From Thermodesulfobacteriota bacterium (GTDB taxonomy: Bacteria > Desulfobacterota > Desulfobaccia > Desulfobaccales > 0-14-0-80-60-11), in NCBI GenBank assembly GCA_049322315.1, contig JBMORF010000076.1:73221-137220 (forward strand): DNA of 64,000 nucleotides, written 5' to 3'. The position numbers and the translations under genes are program-made. A model generated the notes under the pieces. It was not told where the DNA came from. It ran no database searches and saw only the letters and a program-made list of their open reading frames with translations. This document shows, one piece after another, positions 8,705-20,200 of the stretch. Position 1 is the first letter of the stretch, and each line of letters starts with the position of its first letter.

Positions 8705-9194
8705 TTGCTCCTCCTGTATCTGCAGTTCCTTGTCGGCTTTTCCTCCGGTGAGAGGTATCAAAGCTATCTCTGACCTTTTGCAGCACTGATACGGCAAATT
8801 GCAAATCCCCATCGCCCGCGTCGATTTTCAACCTTGATATGAAGTCTCCCTCTTTTTCGGCCACGGCAGTCATCAATTCCTCTCCCTTAGGTGTTAGTCT
8901 TATGAGACCGGATCGTCTGTGCGCAGGATTAGAAATTACTTCCACTAAACCTTCTTGGCTGAGCTGGTTGACAATCGTTTGGATGTACTGCCGGGAAACC
9001 GGTCTGGCCCGGGCCATTTGCGGCACCGTTTGGGGACCATGCCGTTCAATGCCCTTTAGGACGCCGCGCTGTGCCGGAGTAAGCCCGATATCAGCGTGAA
9101 CCCGAGCCGCAACAACCTGCAAGAGATGGTATAAGGCCACCACTTCATCGATGAGCTCTTCAATAACCGGCCTTTTATGTTGAAGTGCATACAT
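8673..9194 (-). CDS. MarR-family transcriptional regulator
   Basis: Winged-helix region 'LTPAQRGVLKGIERHGPQTVPQMARARPVSRQYIQTIVNQLSQEGLVE..NPAHRRSGLIRLTPKG'. Confidence 0.8.
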   Translation of the reverse strand: MYALQHKRPVIEELIDEVVALYHLLQVVAARVHADIGLTPAQRGVLKGIERHGPQTVPQMARARPVSRQYIQTIVNQLSQEGLVEVISNPAHRRSGLIRLTPKGEELMTAVAEKEGDFISRLKIDAGDGDLQFAVSVLQKVRDSFDTSHRRKSRQGTADTGGANANKYLSNNS

Positions 9195-9229
9195 GACAAC
9201 TATATTGTCATAATGACAATGTAGTTGTC
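9195..9229. promoter_or_regulatory. Palindromic operator candidate at the marR start
   Basis: gacaactatattgtcat-a-atgacaatgtagttgtc: a 17-bp inverted repeat with one mismatch, starting at the base next to the marR ATG (9194). Confidence 0.45.
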
Positions 9230-9549
9230 AAGAAAATTTTCCATAACTAGGCCGTTTTTCTCCAGGTTGCGAAACCCCGTCTCTTCATGGAAGAACAGCA
9301 GGGTGGGGGCCTGGGGTCCCGCGGCGTAAAAGCGTCCGCCGGCGGCCACCCCGGGTGCCACCGGGATGAACATCTCTTGGGCAGTGGTGGGCGGATTAAA
9401 TAAGGCTAACTCCGGCCGGGGGTGAAAAAGGGGCAGAAGAACCTCGGGACATCCAGGGCGGCATAATCTTGCGGAAGGGCGGTCATCATCTGGGATACTC
9501 ATCATGGCTGGAATATTTACTGGTCATCTTGCTGGCCAGAATGGCAAAC

Positions 9550-12234
9550 TCAAAATGAACTTGAAGCACTATCCAGCACTTCCCTGACTTTTTGCACGAG
9601 GGCCAGCATCCTGAAAGGCTTGGGAATGAAATTGACATCAGAATTTAATACCCCATGATGGACGATGGCGTCTTCGGTATAACCCGACATAAATAGCACC
9701 TGCATTTCCGGGTGCAGCAGCTTTAGCCGTTGGGCCAGGGCGCCACCGCTCATCTGGGGCATCACCACATCGGTGAGCATTAAATGGATGGGGGCCTCTT
9801 CTCTCTCACAGAGCAGCAGGGCCTCCCCTCCTTGGGCAGCCTCCAACACCTTAAACCCATACTGGCGCAGGGCCTTGGAAATCAACTCCCGTAACCCGAC
9901 GTCGTCTTCCACCAGGAGGATGGTCTCTTTTCCTTCCAAAGAAATAACCGGGGCTGTCTTCGGTTTGACCATTTCCAGGCTTTCTTCCACCCGGGGGAGA
10001 TATACTTTGAAAGTTGTGCCCTGTCCGGGCTCACTGTATACCCAGATATTGCCGCCACTTTGTTTGATCACCCCGTAAACGGTGGCCAAACCCAGACCGG
10101 TGCCTTTGCCGCTCTCCTTGGTGGTAAAAAAAGGCTCAAAAATGTGGGACAAGGTTTCCGCATCCATCCCGGTGCCATTATCGCTCACCGCCAGCATCAC
10201 ATGGGGACCAGGGGTAGCGTCTGCCCGCCCCTGGACATAAGCCTGGTCTAAATAGACGTTGGCGGTTTCAATGGTCAGTTTGCCCCCCCGGGGCATGGCA
10301 TCCCGGGCATTTACCACCAGATTCATGATGATCTGTTCGATCTGGCCGGGATCAGCCTTGACCAAACCCAACTCCTGGTCAATGAAGGTGACCAGTTCTA
10401 TGTCTTCGCCGATCAGCCGCTGCAACATCTTGTCCATATCCTTGACCACGTCGTTGAGGTTGATCACCCGGGGCTGGAGAATCTGCTTGCGGCTGAAGGC
10501 GAGGAGCTGATTGGTCAGGGAGGCCCCCCGGTTCACCGCCTTGGTGATCTCTTCCACATATGAGTGGAAAGGGTCTTCTGGGCGGAGGTCCAGCATCATC
10601 ATTTCGCTGTAGCCCATGATGGCGGTAAGCAGGTTGTTAAAATCGTGGGCCACGCCTCCCGCCAGCCGCCCCACCGCTTCCATCTTTTGGGACTTGAGAA
10701 GTTGTTCCTCCAATTTCTTGCGGTCGGTAACATCAAAAATTACCCCGTTGATAAAGTCAATCCTGCCGGCGTCATCCAGGAAGATCTGCCCATGGACTTG
10801 CACCCAGATAATCTCCCCGGACTTTTTGCGGATGCGGTATTCTTTTTCATAGGACCCCGTGGTCTTCAGGCCTTCCAGTAATTCGTTTTTGGCTTCGGGG
10901 AGGTCGTCTGCCAAAATCAGATCGGACCATTTGCGGCGGCGGGAGTCAAAATCTTCTTTGGGATACCCGGTGAGGGTCTCAATTTTCCGATCGAAAATAT
11001 CTAGGCTCCCGTCGGCATAGCCCCTAAACACCACCGCCGGAATCTGGTCGACCAACAACCGGTACTTTTTTTCGCTCTCCCGCAGGGCCAATTCGGCGGC
11101 CTTGCGTTGGGAAATATCCCGGCACACGCAAAATATCAGCTTCTGTCCCCCCAATACGGCTCCATTAGTACTGATTTCAACGTCAAAAATCGTGCCGTCC
11201 TGGCGCCGGTGGCGGGTCTCGAAGTGATCCCCGGTTTCATCGATGGTTTGTATCATTTCTAATAATTTTTCCCGGGTCCATTGCGCGTCCCAATCCCAAA
11301 CGTATAGTTGGCGTAATTCCTCGGCCGAATATCCCAACATCTCGGCATAGCTTTGGTTTGCCTCGTAGACCTTGCCGGTTTGGTCGAGGACGACGATCCC
11401 GTCTCGCGACTGCTCCACCAGGATGCGGCGCCGGATCGCTTCTTCCGCCAGCTCCGCCTCGGCCTGTTTGCACGCGGTGATATCGGTGGCGATGTGAATG
11501 ATTTTCTCAAGCCGCCCGGCCTCATCCAAGACCGGCGTGCAGGAAACCAGGAACGTCCCGCCCAAGGCATCCATTTCCATTTCCATGGCTTCCAGCCGGC
11601 CGGTTCGCAGCATTTTCTTCAGAGGACAGTTATCGGGAGGCTGTTGGCTGTCGTGAAAGAATTCGTAGCATTTTTTGCCCCGCAGTTCCCCTTCCCAAAG
11701 CCCCACTGCCTGGCACGCCGCGCGGTTGGCGTTGATGATGTGATACTCCGGGTCTAAGATAAGGGTGGGATGGCCGATGGCTTGAAAGATTTCCTCCCAA
11801 TCCCGGCGAGCCTCCTGCAGTGCCGCCACTGACCGCGCCTTTTCGGCCTTGAGTTGACGCCTCTCCAAAACCTTGTGAATGGTGATGGGTAAGCGTTGAA
11901 TATGGCTGGGGGTCTTGATGATGTAGTCCGAAGCTCCGGCGCGCATGGCCTCCACCGCGATTTCCTCAGAGCCGGTGCCGGTGACGATAATCACCGGCAG
12001 GTACGGGTCCTTGGCCTTCACCGCTTTAATGACCTGCAACCCCTCGTAGCCCAGGATGTTGAAATCGCTCAGCACCAGGTCGAACCCGCCCTCCTGCAAG
12101 CGGGCTTCAAACTCCTGGCGGGAGGCCGCCTCCGTGATGTGGAACCCTTCCTGCTCCTTCTCCAGGGCGTCCCGCACCAGCTCCCGGTCCAGGGGATTGT
12201 CGTCCACATAAAGCACTCGAATAAGGGGATTCAT
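9550..12234 (-). CDS. Hybrid sensor histidine kinase (REC, 3x PAS, HisKA, HATPase_c, REC)
   Basis: N-terminal REC '[20 protein letters not shown]'. H-box '[17 protein letters not shown]'. N/G boxes '[11 protein letters not shown]','DNGTGMD','[11 protein letters not shown]'. C-terminal REC '[16 protein letters not shown]'. A ggagga SD precedes the ATG. Confidence 0.9.
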   Translation of the reverse strand: MNPLIRVLYVDDNPLDRELVRDALEKEQEGFHITEAASRQEFEARLQEGGFDLVLSDFNILGYEGLQVIKAVKAKDPYLPVIIVTGTGSEEIAVEAMRAGASDYIIKTPSHIQRLPITIHKVLERRQLKAEKARSVAALQEARRDWEEIFQAIGHPTLILDPEYHIINANRAACQAVGLWEGELRGKKCYEFFHDSQQPPDNCPLKKMLRTGRLEAMEMEMDALGGTFLVSCTPVLDEAGRLEKIIHIATDITACKQAEAELAEEAIRRRILVEQSRDGIVVLDQTGKVYEANQSYAEMLGYSAEELRQLYVWDWDAQWTREKLLEMIQTIDETGDHFETRHRRQDGTIFDVEISTNGAVLGGQKLIFCVCRDISQRKAAELALRESEKKYRLLVDQIPAVVFRGYADGSLDIFDRKIETLTGYPKEDFDSRRRKWSDLILADDLPEAKNELLEGLKTTGSYEKEYRIRKKSGEIIWVQVHGQIFLDDAGRIDFINGVIFDVTDRKKLEEQLLKSQKMEAVGRLAGGVAHDFNNLLTAIMGYSEMMMLDLRPEDPFHSYVEEITKAVNRGASLTNQLLAFSRKQILQPRVINLNDVVKDMDKMLQRLIGEDIELVTFIDQELGLVKADPGQIEQIIMNLVVNARDAMPRGGKLTIETANVYLDQAYVQGRADATPGPHVMLAVSDNGTGMDAETLSHIFEPFFTTKESGKGTGLGLATVYGVIKQSGGNIWVYSEPGQGTTFKVYLPRVEESLEMVKPKTAPVISLEGKETILLVEDDVGLRELISKALRQYGFKVLEAAQGGEALLLCEREEAPIHLMLTDVVMPQMSGGALAQRLKLLHPEMQVLFMSGYTEDAIVHHGVLNSDVNFIPKPFRMLALVQKVREVLDSASSSF

Positions 12235-12237
12235 TGG

Positions 12238-12684
12238 TTATCCTCCATGGGGGGGAGCCACGTTGAGGATGAGCCAGTAGCTCTGCACCTGTTCCACCAC
12301 CTTCAGAAAACCTTCGAAAGACACGGGTTTGACCAGGTAACTGTTGGCCCCGCAATCGTAAGATAAGGCCAAATCGCCTTCTTCTCTGGAGGAGGTGAGA
12401 ATGATTACGATGAGGCGTTTCAGTTCCGGCGCACTCTTAACCTGACGCAGGACTTCGAACCCGTCAAGGCCCGGCATCTTCAGGTCCAGGAGAATAATAT
12501 CCGGCAGGGGATACTGCTGACGGTCGGCATATTCCCCCTGGCCAAAGAGGTATGCCAAAGCCTCCTCGCCGTTTTTGGACACGTGAATCGTATTGCCCAG
12601 GCGGGCTTCCCTGAAGGCGTCCAGGGTTAACTCGATGTCCAGGCGATTGTCCTCCACCAGTAAGATATGCGCAGGTCTGGGCAT
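12238..12684 (-). CDS. Single-domain response regulator (CheY-like)
   Basis: 'ILLVEDNRLD...IILLDLKMPGLDG...SYLVKP'. Tightly packed between the two kinases. Confidence 0.9.
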   Translation of the reverse strand: MPRPAHILLVEDNRLDIELTLDAFREARLGNTIHVSKNGEEALAYLFGQGEYADRQQYPLPDIILLDLKMPGLDGFEVLRQVKSAPELKRLIVIILTSSREEGDLALSYDCGANSYLVKPVSFEGFLKVVEQVQSYWLILNVAPPHGG

Positions 12685-12687
12685 GGT

Positions 12688-14697
12688 TCACTCCTTGGGT
12701 ATTTTCAGGTAAAAGGTGCTGCCCTTGCCTAATTCAGACTCCACCCAAACCTGGCCCCCCAACATGATCACCGACTTTTTGACGATGGCCAGGCCGATGC
12801 CGGTGCCGGGATATTCATCCTCGCTGTGCAGGCGCTGGAAGACGCTAAAGATCTTCTCGTGGTAGGCGGGGTCGATACCGATGCCGTTATCGCTCACCCT
12901 TAAGACAATTTGGTCCTCTTCGAGGCGCCAGGTAATCTGGATCCGGGGAGGGACCCCGGCCTGACGATAGGTGAGAGCGTTGTCCAATAGATTAGTGAAG
13001 ATCTGCCGTAAGAGGGTGGGATCGCCGGGCACCCAAGGCAAATCCTCGGCCACCTGTACTGCCGCCCCCAAGGTGGCAACCCGGGAGTCCAGGTCATCCA
13101 GTACCTGCCGGAGGACTTCTTTTAAGTCCAAGTTCCTGATCTTAAGAGCCTGGCGCCCCAGACGGGAGTAAGTCAACAGATCATCGATGAGATGCGCCAT
13201 GCGTTCCGCGGCCAGGACGATGTTATCCACATAGTGCCGGCCTTCCTCGTTGAGCGCCGCCTTGTGGCGGCGGGCGATAATCTGGGCAAAGCCGCTCACC
13301 GCCCTGAGCGGGGCCCGCAGATCGTGGGAGATGGAATAGGCGAAGGCTTCCAGTTCCTTGTTGACGACCTGCAGTTGGAGAGTGCGCTCCCGCACCCGAT
13401 GGTCCAATTCCCTGGCGTGATCTTGCAGTTCCCGGTACAACAGGGCGTTGTGTAGGCCCATGGCGATCTCCCCGGCGACGGTTTCCAGAAACCTCGCCTG
13501 GCCCTGCAGGTCTTGCACTTCGGCCCAGGCCAGCCCCAGCACCCCCAGGATCTGCTCGCCGCTGACCAGCGTCAGGGCCGCAAAGGACCGGACCCCGGCC
13601 TCTTTGCAGGCCGTCAGGGAACACCGGGTATCAGCATGGATATTAGGAGAATAGATCGACTTCTCCTCCTGTAAAGCCAAACCGCACAGGCATTCCCCGA
13701 TCCGCAGCCGCCCTTGGTTACAGCTCAGGAGAAGCCGGTCCGGCCTGGTTCCCTGCAGGGCCAAATGGTCGGCTTCTCTCACATAGAGCAAAGTTTGGTC
13801 GGGCATAACGGTATAAACCGTCGGGTCCAGGGCCGCAGCCACCAGCTCTTCCAGGGAGAGGCAGGCCCCCACCCGGTGGGCCAAGGCATTGAGGCCTGTC
13901 AGTTCTTCGGTGCGTTGCTCCAGCGCCTCTTCGGCCCGTTTGCGTTCGGTGATGTCGGAACCGATACTCAGAATCTCCGCCAACTGCCCCTGGTTATCGA
14001 GAATCATCTTGTTGGTCCAGGCAACCCAGACTCGCTCACCATTACGGCGAATGTTTTCGTTAACGTTATTCTCAAATTTCTTAGGGTCGGCGCAGATCTC
14101 AGTCATCATCGGCTTGAGATTGCGGCCGGTGCTCTCGTTCTCGGGAACAATGGTGCCTATCACATGGCGCCCGATAATTTCCTCTTCGGTGTAGCCGAAA
14201 AATTTCTGGCCAAACTCGTTAATAAACGTTATCTTGCCGTCTTTGGTCAAGCGCAGGATGATGCTGTTGGCATTTTCCACCAGTTCCCGATACTTATGTT
14301 CACTCTCCTTTAGCGCCTCCTCGGCGCGCTTGCGCATGGTGATATCCATGAAGTAGGCTAAAGTTGCCCTCTCCCCCTGGTAAAGAGTGGAGGCCACGGT
14401 CCCCATGGCCCACCCTTCCTCGCCGCTCTTGGTGATAAAGGGGAATTCATAAGGTAAAGAGCATTCCCCTTTTAAGGTGCGAATGGCTTTTTCCCTGACC
14501 TGATCTTTAAATTCAGGGACAACCATGGTCAGAGGCTCCATAGCCATCAACTCGGCTTCACTATAGCCGGTGATTTGCTGGAACCCTGGATTAACCAGTT
14601 CGATTTTTTTCCCTTTTGCAATGAAGATGCCAATGGGGGCGTGGGTAAACAGTTTCTCGAAGGCCTCGTCTTCCAACCGGCGGGTTGTTATGTTCAT
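12688..14697 (-). CDS. Sensor histidine kinase (PAS, PAS, GAF, HisKA, HATPase_c)
   Basis: H-box 'FAYSISHDLRAPLR', 'NLLDNALTY', 'DNGIGID', 'GTGIGLAIV'. Start set at MNITTRR (aagagg SD 8 nt upstream). The ORF stays open up to 14856. Confidence 0.85.
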   Translation of the reverse strand: MNITTRRLEDEAFEKLFTHAPIGIFIAKGKKIELVNPGFQQITGYSEAELMAMEPLTMVVPEFKDQVREKAIRTLKGECSLPYEFPFITKSGEEGWAMGTVASTLYQGERATLAYFMDITMRKRAEEALKESEHKYRELVENANSIILRLTKDGKITFINEFGQKFFGYTEEEIIGRHVIGTIVPENESTGRNLKPMMTEICADPKKFENNVNENIRRNGERVWVAWTNKMILDNQGQLAEILSIGSDITERKRAEEALEQRTEELTGLNALAHRVGACLSLEELVAAALDPTVYTVMPDQTLLYVREADHLALQGTRPDRLLLSCNQGRLRIGECLCGLALQEEKSIYSPNIHADTRCSLTACKEAGVRSFAALTLVSGEQILGVLGLAWAEVQDLQGQARFLETVAGEIAMGLHNALLYRELQDHARELDHRVRERTLQLQVVNKELEAFAYSISHDLRAPLRAVSGFAQIIARRHKAALNEEGRHYVDNIVLAAERMAHLIDDLLTYSRLGRQALKIRNLDLKEVLRQVLDDLDSRVATLGAAVQVAEDLPWVPGDPTLLRQIFTNLLDNALTYRQAGVPPRIQITWRLEEDQIVLRVSDNGIGIDPAYHEKIFSVFQRLHSEDEYPGTGIGLAIVKKSVIMLGGQVWVESELGKGSTFYLKIPKE

Positions 14698-15197
14698 GGC
14701 CACTACCTCTTTTACGATCCGGCCTAGAGCGTCGGCAAAGGGGAAGGCTGAGAAGTTGAGGAATAAAGGCGTCTTTTCTTTATTGATAAACACTTTTCTC
14801 CCGGAAGCCAGTGGCTTGCGGCTCCGGAACAGCAGTTCCGGACCCTGGTGGGCCACCCCCGGGGCAAACCGCTAGTGATGATTTCATCCAGGACCTTAAT
14901 AACGGCAGGTGATTTGGCTAACTGACTGAATTGCAGCTCTTTCTGCTTTTTTCGCTGGACCATGGATGTCACTGCCTCCTTTTCTCAAGGCAATCAAAAC
15001 CGTCTCAGATGATCAGCGAATAATGCTTTATATACCTAATCGTCAAAGTTAAAACCCAAATTAATCTCAGCTAGTTATTTTTTTTAATATCTCCATATTC
15101 TTAATCGCTTTTAACGGAGATCACCCTAAACGGAGAGGAGTAAATGCCATGGAAAGTCAAGTTCCCGGTCCTTATGGCCTGGAAAAGCACGGTATTT

Positions 15198-15312
15198 ATA
15201 CCAATTCGCATTCAAAGGACGTTGAACTGTAGGGGCGAACCTTGTGTTCGCCCGTGGCTCCGGGGCGAACACAAGGTTCGCCCGTATAGTATCTTTTAAC
15301 TGCAACTCGGTA
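15198..15312 (-). repeat. GEPCVRP-hairpin element, long form, copy A2 (inverted relative to A1)
   Basis: ataccaattcgcattcaaaggacgttgaactgtaggggcgaaccttgtgttcgccc..gggcgaacacaaggttcgccc..gcaactcggtat is the near-exact reverse complement of 7912-8027. Confidence 0.85.
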
Positions 15313-15468
15313 TTAGAATACCGGGGTTATCTACTGGAATCTCTCTATCCCGCTGTTGTACGAAGAGGCCATCTCCCTGGGGAACCGCTAAAGGCTAAAT
15401 TTTATTAAAAAGAAGTTGGATTAAAGCAAAGGGGGTAACCGGAGGGCTAACCGCTTCTTCTTGGTGGT

Positions 15469-16446
15469 CTACAGCCAGCCTGCAGCCTTATACCAGGCTG
15501 CGGCGTCGGCCAGGCCGGTTAACAGGTCCATGGACGGCTGGAAGCCGATCTCGGCCTTGGCCCGGGCATTACTGCATAGCCATTGGGCCTGCCGTATGTC
15601 CCGGAGCTTGTCAAGACTCATTAAGGTGGGAGTGGAGGTGAACTGGGAGGTGAGAGAGCCACCCAGGGCTACCAGACGCATGAGCCACCAGGGCACATAA
15701 AAGGTCAGGTAGCGTTTGCCCAGCGCCCGGCCCGTATATTCCCCGATGGTCCGCCAATCATAATGCCCTTCGCCGCAGATAAAATAGATGCGCCCCTGGC
15801 TCCGGGGGGAGGCCGCGGCCAGCAAGATCCCGGTCACCAGATCGTGGACGTGCGCCAGGCTCACTTTTTGCCCGGGACCGCCGGGAATAACGTGGAGGCC
15901 CCGATTAATGCTTTTGATCAGCAAAAAAGTGTCCCGGTCCCGGGGGCCATAGACCACAGGAGGGCGGATGATGGTGGCGCCGCGGCTTTGGCTGTACTCC
16001 AGGACGGCTTTCTCCGCGGCCAGCTTAGAGGCGCCGTAGGCGGATACGGGTTGCGGCTCCTGGTCCTCGGATAGGGGGGCGCCGGAGCTGGGACCGGCGG
16101 CAGAGAGACTGGAAATTAATACGAATTTTTGCTCTGGAGGACCATAATGCTCACAGGCCTGGAGCAGGTTGAGGGTAGCCTCGAAGTTGGCCCGGAAAAA
16201 GGCGGCCCGGTCCCGGGCCCGGGTGGCGCCGGCCACGTGGAACACCACTTCGGTGTCCGCCACCGCCGGGGCCAGGGAGGCCGGGTCCTGGAAATCCCCG
16301 GTCACCAGAGTTACCGGCAGATTTTTGAGCCAGATAAGGTTGCTGCCCCGGCGCACCAGGCACTTGACCGCGGCGCCTGCGGCCAGCAAGCGATCCACCA
16401 GGTTGCTGCCGATAAAGCCGCTGGCTCCGGTAACCAAGGCGCGCAT
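15469..16446 (-). CDS. Extended-SDR NAD(P)-dependent reductase/epimerase (HpnA / cinnamoyl-CoA-reductase-like)
   Basis: Start at MRALVTGASGFIGSNLV (GxxGxxG). Catalytic 'YGASKLAAE' (YxxxK). Begins 4 nt after the PPTase stop. Confidence 0.8.
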   Translation of the reverse strand: MRALVTGASGFIGSNLVDRLLAAGAAVKCLVRRGSNLIWLKNLPVTLVTGDFQDPASLAPAVADTEVVFHVAGATRARDRAAFFRANFEATLNLLQACEHYGPPEQKFVLISSLSAAGPSSGAPLSEDQEPQPVSAYGASKLAAEKAVLEYSQSRGATIIRPPVVYGPRDRDTFLLIKSINRGLHVIPGGPGQKVSLAHVHDLVTGILLAAASPRSQGRIYFICGEGHYDWRTIGEYTGRALGKRYLTFYVPWWLMRLVALGGSLTSQFTSTPTLMSLDKLRDIRQAQWLCSNARAKAEIGFQPSMDLLTGLADAAAWYKAAGWL

Positions 16447-16450
16447 GGGC

Positions 16451-17218
16451 TTATCCCCCCGGGGCCGGAGTCTTAGGGGCGGCAAGGCGCATCCAGGCCA
16501 CCGAGAGCCAAACCTGGTGCAGGCGGATGGAGGCTACCGCCAAGACTTCTTGACTCCCCCAAGGAGCCGGGTCCGGACCGGGAGCCTCCAAATAGCCGCG
16601 CCAGCAGGGGCCGTGGTCCCCTTTACCGGTGCTTTCCACCCGGATCTGGCGGGGGCCGCAGAAATGGTAGCCGCAGCCCCGGGCTTTCACCACCGCTTCC
16701 TTGGCCGACCAGAGGAGGGCCGCGGCTTCTTCCCGGTCCCCTCCCGTCAGGGAGGTGGCCGCCTGCCACTCCCCGGTCCGAAAGACCTTGTGCACGGGAT
16801 AGGCCCCGGTAAACTCATAAGGTGAGGCCGCGTCCAAGCCGATCCAGGAACTGGTGGTGCCCAGGGCCGCCCACCATGCCCCCGCGCTCCAACTGAAAGA
16901 AACCCCGGGTCCGGGAGCGCCGTCCAGCAGAAGATGGGGTTTGCCCCAGCGGTTTTGCACCAGGGACAATTCCCGAGTCCTGCCGGAGGGGTAGTGTTCC
17001 TGGAGCAGGGCCGACAGGAATTCTTGTTTCATTTGCAAGCTAAAGGACCTGGGCCAAAGACGCCTGGAATTACTCCCGTTCTCCGGCAGTAAGGCCAGAT
17101 AAGCAGGCTCCCCATAGGGAGAATAGAGCGCCCCGCGGCTCACCCCTGGATGGTGGAGGTTCCAGGCCAGAGGGCCATAACTGTCCTGCTCCCTGATTGT
17201 TCCCGATACCTGCATCAT
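16451..17218 (-). CDS. Sfp-type 4'-phosphopantetheinyl transferase
   Basis: 'WIGLDAAS' (the GxD metal site) and 'LWSAKEAVVKARGCG' (the W..KEA..K motif). The start overlaps the PKS stop by 4 nt (atga). Confidence 0.75.
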   Translation of the reverse strand: MMQVSGTIREQDSYGPLAWNLHHPGVSRGALYSPYGEPAYLALLPENGSNSRRLWPRSFSLQMKQEFLSALLQEHYPSGRTRELSLVQNRWGKPHLLLDGAPGPGVSFSWSAGAWWAALGTTSSWIGLDAASPYEFTGAYPVHKVFRTGEWQAATSLTGGDREEAAALLWSAKEAVVKARGCGYHFCGPRQIRVESTGKGDHGPCWRGYLEAPGPDPAPWGSQEVLAVASIRLHQVWLSVAWMRLAAPKTPAPGG

Positions 17219-20200
17219 CCGGAAAACCAGCGCATCTGGAGGTTCCTTACCTGCATCAGGGGCTGGCCGTCGGCGTCGCTGGCTTGGGCGTCCCAGACCA
17301 TGCCCTTATCGTCATCGACGCGCAACCGGGCCTCCAGAATAATTTGCTCCTGATCCCGGCACTGACGGCCAATAACCATCTCCCCAATGGCCACGGGGAT
17401 AAAGGTGCGGTCATCCTCCTCATTTCTCATCTTCAGGTAAAAGCTGGTCATCTGCATCAGGCTTTCCAAGAGATAGGGAGCGTATTGGAGGCTGGGCGCT
17501 TGCAGGTGAGAAAAGTCCGGGTTGATCCGGTAGATGCCCGCGCCTCGCACTACTCCTGGCCCGGAGCCGTCCAAATGGCCCACCACCCTATATCGGCCTT
17601 GCATTTCCGTGTGCTCATCATACCATTCAATGATTTCTTCTAAATCCGCGGGACGAGTGTCCAACTCTTCCAGCTTCACGGGAAAATCCGGGAGATCGAG
17701 CCAGGGTAGTGCGCCTTCTCCCCCCATAAGCACTTGGGCCTGGTAATTGAGGGCTTTCTTCTCCAGTACCCTGCCCGTGGGAGAGATAAGCGGGGTTTCC
17801 ATGGTGAGGTCGCATACCGTCAACCCACCTTGATGTCGGCAACTTTGGCAGGTGATGTAGGAATCGATGGCCACTTCCACCGGGACCTCGATGACCTCGG
17901 TAAACTTTGCCTCTCTTACTCCCAACACCCGCAGGTAGGGATACAGGAGGCGGGATGCTTCCATAAAGGTCTCCAGGGCCATGATGGTGGAGACCAGGGG
18001 ATATTTTAAAAATTTGAAGGGTTTATGGTCGGCGATCCACAGGTCTTTTTCCTGGGAAAACGTCCGGTTCGCCCGTAACCACCCCTGGCGCAGGGAGAGC
18101 TGGGAAACGGCGTCGATCATGGGGAACTGTTCCGGGGCAAAGACCAGACTGCCCGTGGTGACGCCCGGCGAGGGCTGGGGTGCGCTTTCCGTATCCAGCC
18201 GGACGCTCTTGATCTCCGGGAGCCGGGACATGAACATCACCCAGACCTCGTCAGGCTCTCCCAGGAGCAGCTCCCGGCAGAAGAGTTCCGCGAGTTCCAC
18301 CGGCTCAAAATAACCGACCCCCATCTTTTCCAGGAAACGGCGCACCTCTTCGTTGTCGGCCATGCCGCTGCCGCTGATGGGGGGCAGCATCAGGGCCTTG
18401 CACCGGATTTCCGGATGGTTCTCCTTTATCTGACTCAGGAGGCCGGACATCATGCGGTTGGCCGCGGTATAGTTGGACTGCCCCCGGTTGCCCTGAATGG
18501 CCGCCGCGGAAGACAGGGCCACCAGGAAGCGCAAGCCGCTGGACCTGGCGGTGGTGAACAGGTTCCAGAGGCCCCGGAACTTGACGTCCAGGACGCTGGC
18601 GATATCATCGGCAGACAAGTCCGGTAGTAACCGGTCCCGTACCAGGCCGGCGGCGTGCACGATGCCATCGAGCCGGCCGTACTTGTCGAGGATTGCCCGG
18701 ACTGCGGCCTGCACCTGGGCCGGGTCCGTCACGTCGCAGGAGAGATAAGTGACCTCCAGGCCTGAGGCCCGCAGGTCTGCCAGGGTCTTCAGGACCTGCC
18801 GGGCCTGCAAGAGACGGGTAATCTCCCGGCCTAAATTATCCTGGGAGATGTCCGGCTGCTGCTGCATAATCTCCCAGCGCAGGGCTTTTTCCGCAGGCTC
18901 GTCTTCCTGGAGCAGTTCCACCAGCTTCGGCTCCAGGTCGATGGCGGTGCGGCCCAGGATGACCACCCTGGGTTTTAAGGGGGCCAGACCCTTGACCAAA
19001 TGGGGGGTGATGCCGTAACCGCCCCCGGAGAAGACCACCACGTCTTCCCGGTTCAAGGTCAGGCGCGGTTCCCCAGAAACCAAGGACAAAGCCATCCGGC
19101 CTTCCCTGGTCAGGAGCTGCCCTTGCTGATAGATGGTCTCCACCACCGGCTGTCGGGGGTCCAGGGCCTGGCGCAACGCCCGGGTCAGGTCCGCGTCCCG
19201 GTCCAGCCGCAGGGTGCGGCACAATACGGAGGGGTACTCTAAAGCGCTGCTCAGGAAGAGGCCCAGAAGCCCCTGGGCCAGCAGGCCCAACCCGCCGGTT
19301 TCCTCCCCGGAGCAATTAAGGGTGAGGGCAAATTTCTTCCGGGGCGCGGCCACCAAGGTCTGCATCAGGGAGAAAAAGCCCTGGACCAGGTGGGGCAGGT
19401 CCACCATTTCGTGGAGTTCTGGGGTCAGGCTGTCGTCCAGGAGAAAGACCACCCCGGCCAGGGAGTCATCTTCCTTAATCTTGGCCGCGGCCCGGGCGGC
19501 CTCTTCCGGCTGGCGCAGGTCGAAACCCGCCCCCTCCTGGCCCGGGTGAGACTCCAGGAAGGCGAAGGTCTTCGGAGTGACGCCAAAAATCTGGCGGAAG
19601 TGGTCGTTAATCCGTTCCCGCCATTCCGACTTCAGAGTGGGGCAGAACAGGGCCACGGTGTCGGCTGAGGTCAATTCCAGGGGTTGGGGCTCGAAGTCCG
19701 CCAGGGGCGCCGGATGGAAGGTCAGCCGCTTGAGCTTCTCCTCCTCAGGGACCTGGGGCTCCGGAGACTCCCGGCCGGGGGCGGCTGCAGCTTTGGCCGC
19801 CTGGGTCACGGCCCCCGGTTCTCCGCCCCGGGCCGCCACTTCGGCAATCTGGGTGGCCAGTTCCCGGACGGTGCGGACATCCATGAAGTCTTCCAGGCGG
19901 ATTTCAATGCCGAACTTGGTTTCGGCCGCGTCCATGATCACCGGCAGGCGGCTGGAGCGGATGGCCAGGTCGGTCCGCAGGTCCATGTCCGGCTCAATCT
20001 CATCCCGATCATAGCCGGTGGCCTCCATGATGAGGAGGATCACCTCTTCCAGATAGTCGGAGACCGGCTGGGCTCCGGCCGGGACGGGCACAGCCGTTGC
20101 GGCTGCCGGGGTTGGCAGGGCCGCCGCGGCGGCAAAAGCCGAGGTGAGGGCCGAGGCCTGGCTTCCGGCCATCTGCCGGGCTTGCAGCCACTGTTCCAGA

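Noticed and set aside
9200-9505. 101-aa ORF between marR and the hybrid kinase; 'GRFYAAGPQAPTLLFFHEETG' faintly resembles an alpha/beta-hydrolase N-terminus
   Set aside because: The similarity is too weak, with HG replaced and no nucleophile elbow. The ORF overlaps the marR operator and promoter region. At best it is a decayed remnant.
14697-14972. Possible frameshifted N-terminal extension of the PAS/GAF kinase (ORF 14724..14972 plus the open frame up to 14856)
   Set aside because: The kinase has a good ATG with an aagagg SD at 14697, right where the first PAS domain begins. The upstream frames show no domain signal.
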